IMG/VR virus record: IMGVR_UViG_3300036784_000044
Location: 1-24,378 of that record
DNA: 24,378 nucleotides
Direction: 5' to 3' (one strand)
Source of the DNA: a virus
Lineage: Duplodnaviria; Caudoviricetes
Position 1 is the first letter of the stretch; the number at the start of each line of letters is the position of its first letter. The position numbers were made by a program, and so were the translations under genes. The notes under the pieces were generated by a model. The model was not told the DNA's origin. It saw only the letters and a list, made by a program, of their open reading frames with translations, and did not search any database. This document shows, one piece after another, positions 21,699-24,378 of this stretch.

Positions 21699-22187
21699 TC
21701 AGCTCCCTAGTATCTCCACCTTGATGATTCTCGCATCGCTGACGATAGCAAGCGCCTCCCAGCAGCGCTGGCAGTGCAGGACAACGCTGGCGTCCATCCG
21801 CCCGGCGTGCTCCTCGCACATCGAGGACTTGTCCAGGTGCTCGCCCACCGTGCAGCCGATCCACACCAGGTGCGTCGCCTCCCGGCCGCACCGCGCGGCG
21901 CCGGAGAACATCACGCACCGGCCGTCCGGGTGCTTGTTGTCGTCCCGGTTCAGCCACTGCGGCGCGGGCAGGCCGAACATCTTCTCCATCATGTCCAGCT
22001 TGCGCGGGTGCCTCTCCGCCAGCCGCTCCGCGTCTCCGCGCCGTCCGCCGAGGCCCGGCGGCTCAGCCAGCGGGTCTGCCTCGGCCACTGTCCCGGGGAA
22101 CGGCGGCCCCTGCGGGCCGTACTTGCGCCGCAGGTACTCGTGCATGTACCGCCCCGACGCTGCGGGGTCGAATCTGTAGCCGTTCAC
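21699..22187 (-). CDS. Hypothetical Cys/His-rich protein
   Basis: C-x8-C, C-x4-H, CEEH and CQRC in the C-terminal half; GTGA coupling. Confidence 0.7.
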   Translation of the reverse strand: MNGYRFDPAASGRYMHEYLRRKYGPQGPPFPGTVAEADPLAEPPGLGGRRGDAERLAERHPRKLDMMEKMFGLPAPQWLNRDDNKHPDGRCVMFSGAARCGREATHLVWIGCTVGEHLDKSSMCEEHAGRMDASVVLHCQRCWEALAIVSDARIIKVEILGS

Positions 22188-22297
22188 TTGCCCTTCTTCG
22201 GCGGCGGCTCTCGGCCCTGCTCCTTCGCTTCCTTCTCGGCCGCCTTGTGCAGGGAGCTGTCGTGGCCTATGACAAGACCGCAGGTCGGGCAGGCCAC
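22184..22297 (-). CDS. 37-aa CxxC/His microprotein
   Basis: Not in the ORF track. MACPTCGLVIGHDSSLHKAAEKEAKEQGREPPPKKGK; GGAGG 6 nt upstream; stop coupled (GTGA) to the next gene. Confidence 0.6.
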   Translation of the reverse strand: MACPTCGLVIGHDSSLHKAAEKEAKEQGREPPPKKGK

Positions 22298-22584
22298 AGC
22301 TCGCCTCCGTCCAGCACCTCTTCGGTGACGATCGCCAGCCGCCAGGTGCCGGTCGGCAGCTCGCGGCTCAGCACCACCGGCACGCCGAACTTCCCGGCCA
22401 GCATCTCGGTGATGGTCTTGGTGCCGTCTTCGGTCGTCCAGCCGATGTCGTTGCTGGTGTACAGCAGGTTGGCGGCCAGCGGGTGCAGCTCCAGCCGCAG
22501 GCCCTCGGGCATGCCGTGGCCGAGGTAGTAGTGCTCGCGCAGGTACGCCGTGACGTGCGCCAGCAGCTCGCGCTCCTGGCTCAC
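22267..22584 (-). CDS. Hypothetical protein, 105 aa
   Basis: GTGA-coupled start. Confidence 0.7.
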   Translation of the reverse strand: MSQERELLAHVTAYLREHYYLGHGMPEGLRLELHPLAANLLYTSNDIGWTTEDGTKTITEMLAGKFGVPVVLSRELPTGTWRLAIVTEEVLDGGELWPARPAVLS

Positions 22585-22862
22585 AGCAGGTCGCCGGTCG
22601 GCACGGCCTCGGACTGCGGCACGTACGTCGGCATGCTGCCGGTGCCGTTGCCGTTGCCGCGCTCCACCGCCGCGTCGCGGGCGCTTTCCAGGCGGGCGGT
22701 CAGCGCCTCCTCCTGCTCAGTCTCCCGGCGCAGGCTCGCCAGGAACATCGAGGTGACCTTCAGCAGCCCGTGCTCCGCCAGCCACATGTAGTCCTGGCTG
22801 CCCTGCACGAACATCGCCTGGACTTCCTTGTCCACCGGCTCGGTTATCGGGGTCTGCACCAT
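22581..22862 (-). CDS. Hypothetical protein, 93 aa
   Basis: AGGGAG RBS before ATG 22862 (MVQTPITEP). Confidence 0.6.
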   Translation of the reverse strand: MVQTPITEPVDKEVQAMFVQGSQDYMWLAEHGLLKVTSMFLASLRRETEQEEALTARLESARDAAVERGNGNGTGSMPTYVPQSEAVPTGDLL

Positions 22863-23235
22863 CGGGGGTCTCCCTTCCGTGCGCCGGGCCGTCCATGACC
22901 CGGCCGCTGATCGCCTTGCGGCCTGCCAGCCGCCTGTCCACCGCGTCTTGCAGCTCTGCTTCCTCCGTCTTGGCGCGGTCGTGGTTGGCCCAGATCTCGA
23001 ACGCGCGGGAGAACGCCTCGCCCCAGGTCGCCGCGTCGATGACCAGCACGTTCTGCATGGAGGCGTCCACATGCCAGGCGGTGCCGTGCTTCGCCTCGCG
23101 CATCCCCCAGAACAGGTCCGGCAGCTCGCGGCTGGCGTAGAGGCGCACCCCGCCGCCCGGCCGGTCGATACCGGTCATCACGAAGACGGGCTTGCCGGTG
23201 CTCGGCAGCCGCACCCCGTGGTCGCTGCCGCTCAC
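22717..23235 (-). CDS. Hypothetical protein, 172 aa
   Basis: GTGA-coupled start at 23235; the last ~48 codons overlap the next gene. Confidence 0.6.
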   Translation of the reverse strand: MSGSDHGVRLPSTGKPVFVMTGIDRPGGGVRLYASRELPDLFWGMREAKHGTAWHVDASMQNVLVIDAATWGEAFSRAFEIWANHDRAKTEEAELQDAVDRRLAGRKAISGRVMDGPAHGRETPDGADPDNRAGGQGSPGDVRAGQPGLHVAGGARAAEGHLDVPGEPAPGD

Positions 23236-23681
23236 TTGGGCACCACCTCGTAGTCCACGCGCTGCACGATGTCCACGGTCACCGGCTCGCCGGGCACCAC
23301 TGTCCACATGCCGTCGATGCCGTTGGACTTCGCCGCAGCCAGGGCGGCCTCCTGCGGGCTACCGGCGGTGACCGTCTCGGTGTAGACCGCCTCACGGTAC
23401 TCGATGTAGCAGTGCCACCTCTGCGCTGTCTGCGCCAGCGTCCTGACCACCGTCACCCTGTGCTCGTCCTCGCTGTTGGGGCAGAAACCGCCGTGCCCGC
23501 CGCCGCCGTAGGCGCCGCAGTACACGCACACCGCGATGAGCGGGCTAGGCCCGCTGCCGCCCTCGCCTATCTCGACACCGAGAGACGCGCGCACCGCCGC
23601 CCGCACCTCGGCCGGGCTGCCGCCGCGCGCTATGACCGGCGCCGCGAACGCCCTGATGTTGGCTCGCATGGTGTCGCTCAT
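23232..23681 (-). CDS. Hypothetical protein with CxxC-x8-H-x3-C motif
   Basis: CVYCGAYGGGGHGGFC; coupled at both ends. Confidence 0.7.
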   Translation of the reverse strand: MSDTMRANIRAFAAPVIARGGSPAEVRAAVRASLGVEIGEGGSGPSPLIAVCVYCGAYGGGGHGGFCPNSEDEHRVTVVRTLAQTAQRWHCYIEYREAVYTETVTAGSPQEAALAAAKSNGIDGMWTVVPGEPVTVDIVQRVDYEVVPK

Positions 23682-23881
23682 CGCCGCGTCCGTCCGGTCG
23701 CCGTCACGCCGCTGGCGATGACCTGCCTGATCTGGCGCAGCGTCTCGGCGCCGTGGGTGACCTCGCCGCTGCCGTCGCGCAGGGCGCCGTTGGCGACCAT
23801 CCGCAGCGCTTTGCGCCGGGCGTAGGCCAGCCGCACCCTGCGCATGTCGTAGCCCGGCCGCAGCTTCCGCTTGTTGCTCAC
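23678..23881 (-). CDS. Small basic protein, 67 aa
   Basis: CAGGAGG RBS; coupled at both ends. Confidence 0.65.
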   Translation of the reverse strand: MSNKRKLRPGYDMRRVRLAYARRKALRMVANGALRDGSGEVTHGAETLRQIRQVIASGVTATGRTRR

Positions 23882-24102
23882 ATCGCCCTCCTGCTCCCTA
23901 GTTCCAGCGGCAGATCCTCCGGCCAGTTGCGGGCGTCGTACTCCGCGACGGTCGCCATGATTACCGACTTGCCGCTCTGCCTGGCCATGTGCGGCAGCGC
24001 GAGGATGCCGTGGCCCAGCGCCCAGCGGCGCACGTCGCGCACGATCGCCGCCTGCTTCTCTGTCAGCTCGATGACCTCGCCGTCCGGCGTGACGCCCTTC
24101 AC
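23878..24102 (-). CDS. 74-aa protein with Q-motif and Walker A only
   Basis: LTEKQ...MARQSGKSVIM; coupled at both ends. Confidence 0.65.
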   Translation of the reverse strand: MKGVTPDGEVIELTEKQAAIVRDVRRWALGHGILALPHMARQSGKSVIMATVAEYDARNWPEDLPLELGSRRAM

Positions 24103-24378
24103 GGCGTGCCGCCTGCCTTCAGGATGGCCGCCCGCTCGTGGTGCGGGCAGTCGCAGCCGATCTCACAGCGATCAGGGCGGCAGTGCACCAGGTGCAGCGC
24201 CCAGCCCGGCTTGCCGCCCCACATGCCGGGGACGTCTTCGCCTGGCCACCAGTCCGGCATGCCGGGCGGGCGCGGCTCCTGCCGCTCCGGCGTGAGGGCG
24301 CCGATGAGCCGGTCGATCTCAGCGGCGGCCAGGGCGCCGCTGGTGCGCAGCGCGTCCTCGATCTCGGGATAGCCTGCC
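24099..24378 (-). CDS. Partial hypothetical protein (5' end outside the window)
   Basis: Not in the ORF track. ...LRTSGALAAAEIDRL...HLVHCRPDRCEIGCDCPHH...; stop overlaps the next GTG. Confidence 0.7.
   Translation of the reverse strand, partial: AGYPEIEDALRTSGALAAAEIDRLIGALTPERQEPRPPGMPDWWPGEDVPGMWGGKPGWALHLVHCRPDRCEIGCDCPHHERAAILKAGGTP

Larger units (their letters stand above)
1..24378 (-). mobile_element. Segment of a tailed phage (Caudoviricetes) or prophage genome, probably infecting an actinobacterium
   Basis: terS-terL-portal-MuF order; about 50 tightly packed, co-oriented, overlapping genes; many small hypothetical genes; no host housekeeping genes. No att site or integrase in the window. 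Confidence 0.95.

Noticed and set aside
1-24378. CRISPR array, integrase/att site, DGR repeats, stop-codon recoding
   Set aside because: No periodic repeats, recombinase or reverse transcriptase seen; TGA, TAG and TAA all end coupled genes normally.

Overview
High-GC (about 70%) tailed-phage DNA. An actinobacterial host is likely, given the Rpf-like lysin, GGAGG ribosome-binding sites, leaderless TANNNT promoters and GTGA/ATGA gene coupling. Almost every gene is on the minus strand, so the genome reads right to left. First comes a long run of small accessory genes (24378-13657): many Zn-binding microproteins, a TOPRIM/Topo VI-A-like protein, a lipoprotein, an Acb2/Tad1-like hairpin protein and a cluster of tRNA-like structured RNAs. 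Next is a separately promoted LysM-Rpf plus NlpC/P60 pair. Then a leaderless operon of three small membrane proteins, including a 97-aa KcsA-like channel with the non-canonical filter TTDGCD, is coupled to terS and terL. After terL come another tRNA-like element, an SPFH gene, a DUF935-type portal, four holin-cassette-like genes and MuF. The window ends with two putative head-cargo proteins that share a repeated [VIL][ED]L[GAS] + aromatic-N-x-PR-x-x-x-G-R-W signal; the second carries an HExxH metallopeptidase motif and runs off the left edge. Several real genes are missing from the ORF track (1..528, 17562..17720, 21128..21220, 21222..21341, 22184..22297, 24099..24378). All family assignments come from motif recognition by eye; no searches were run.
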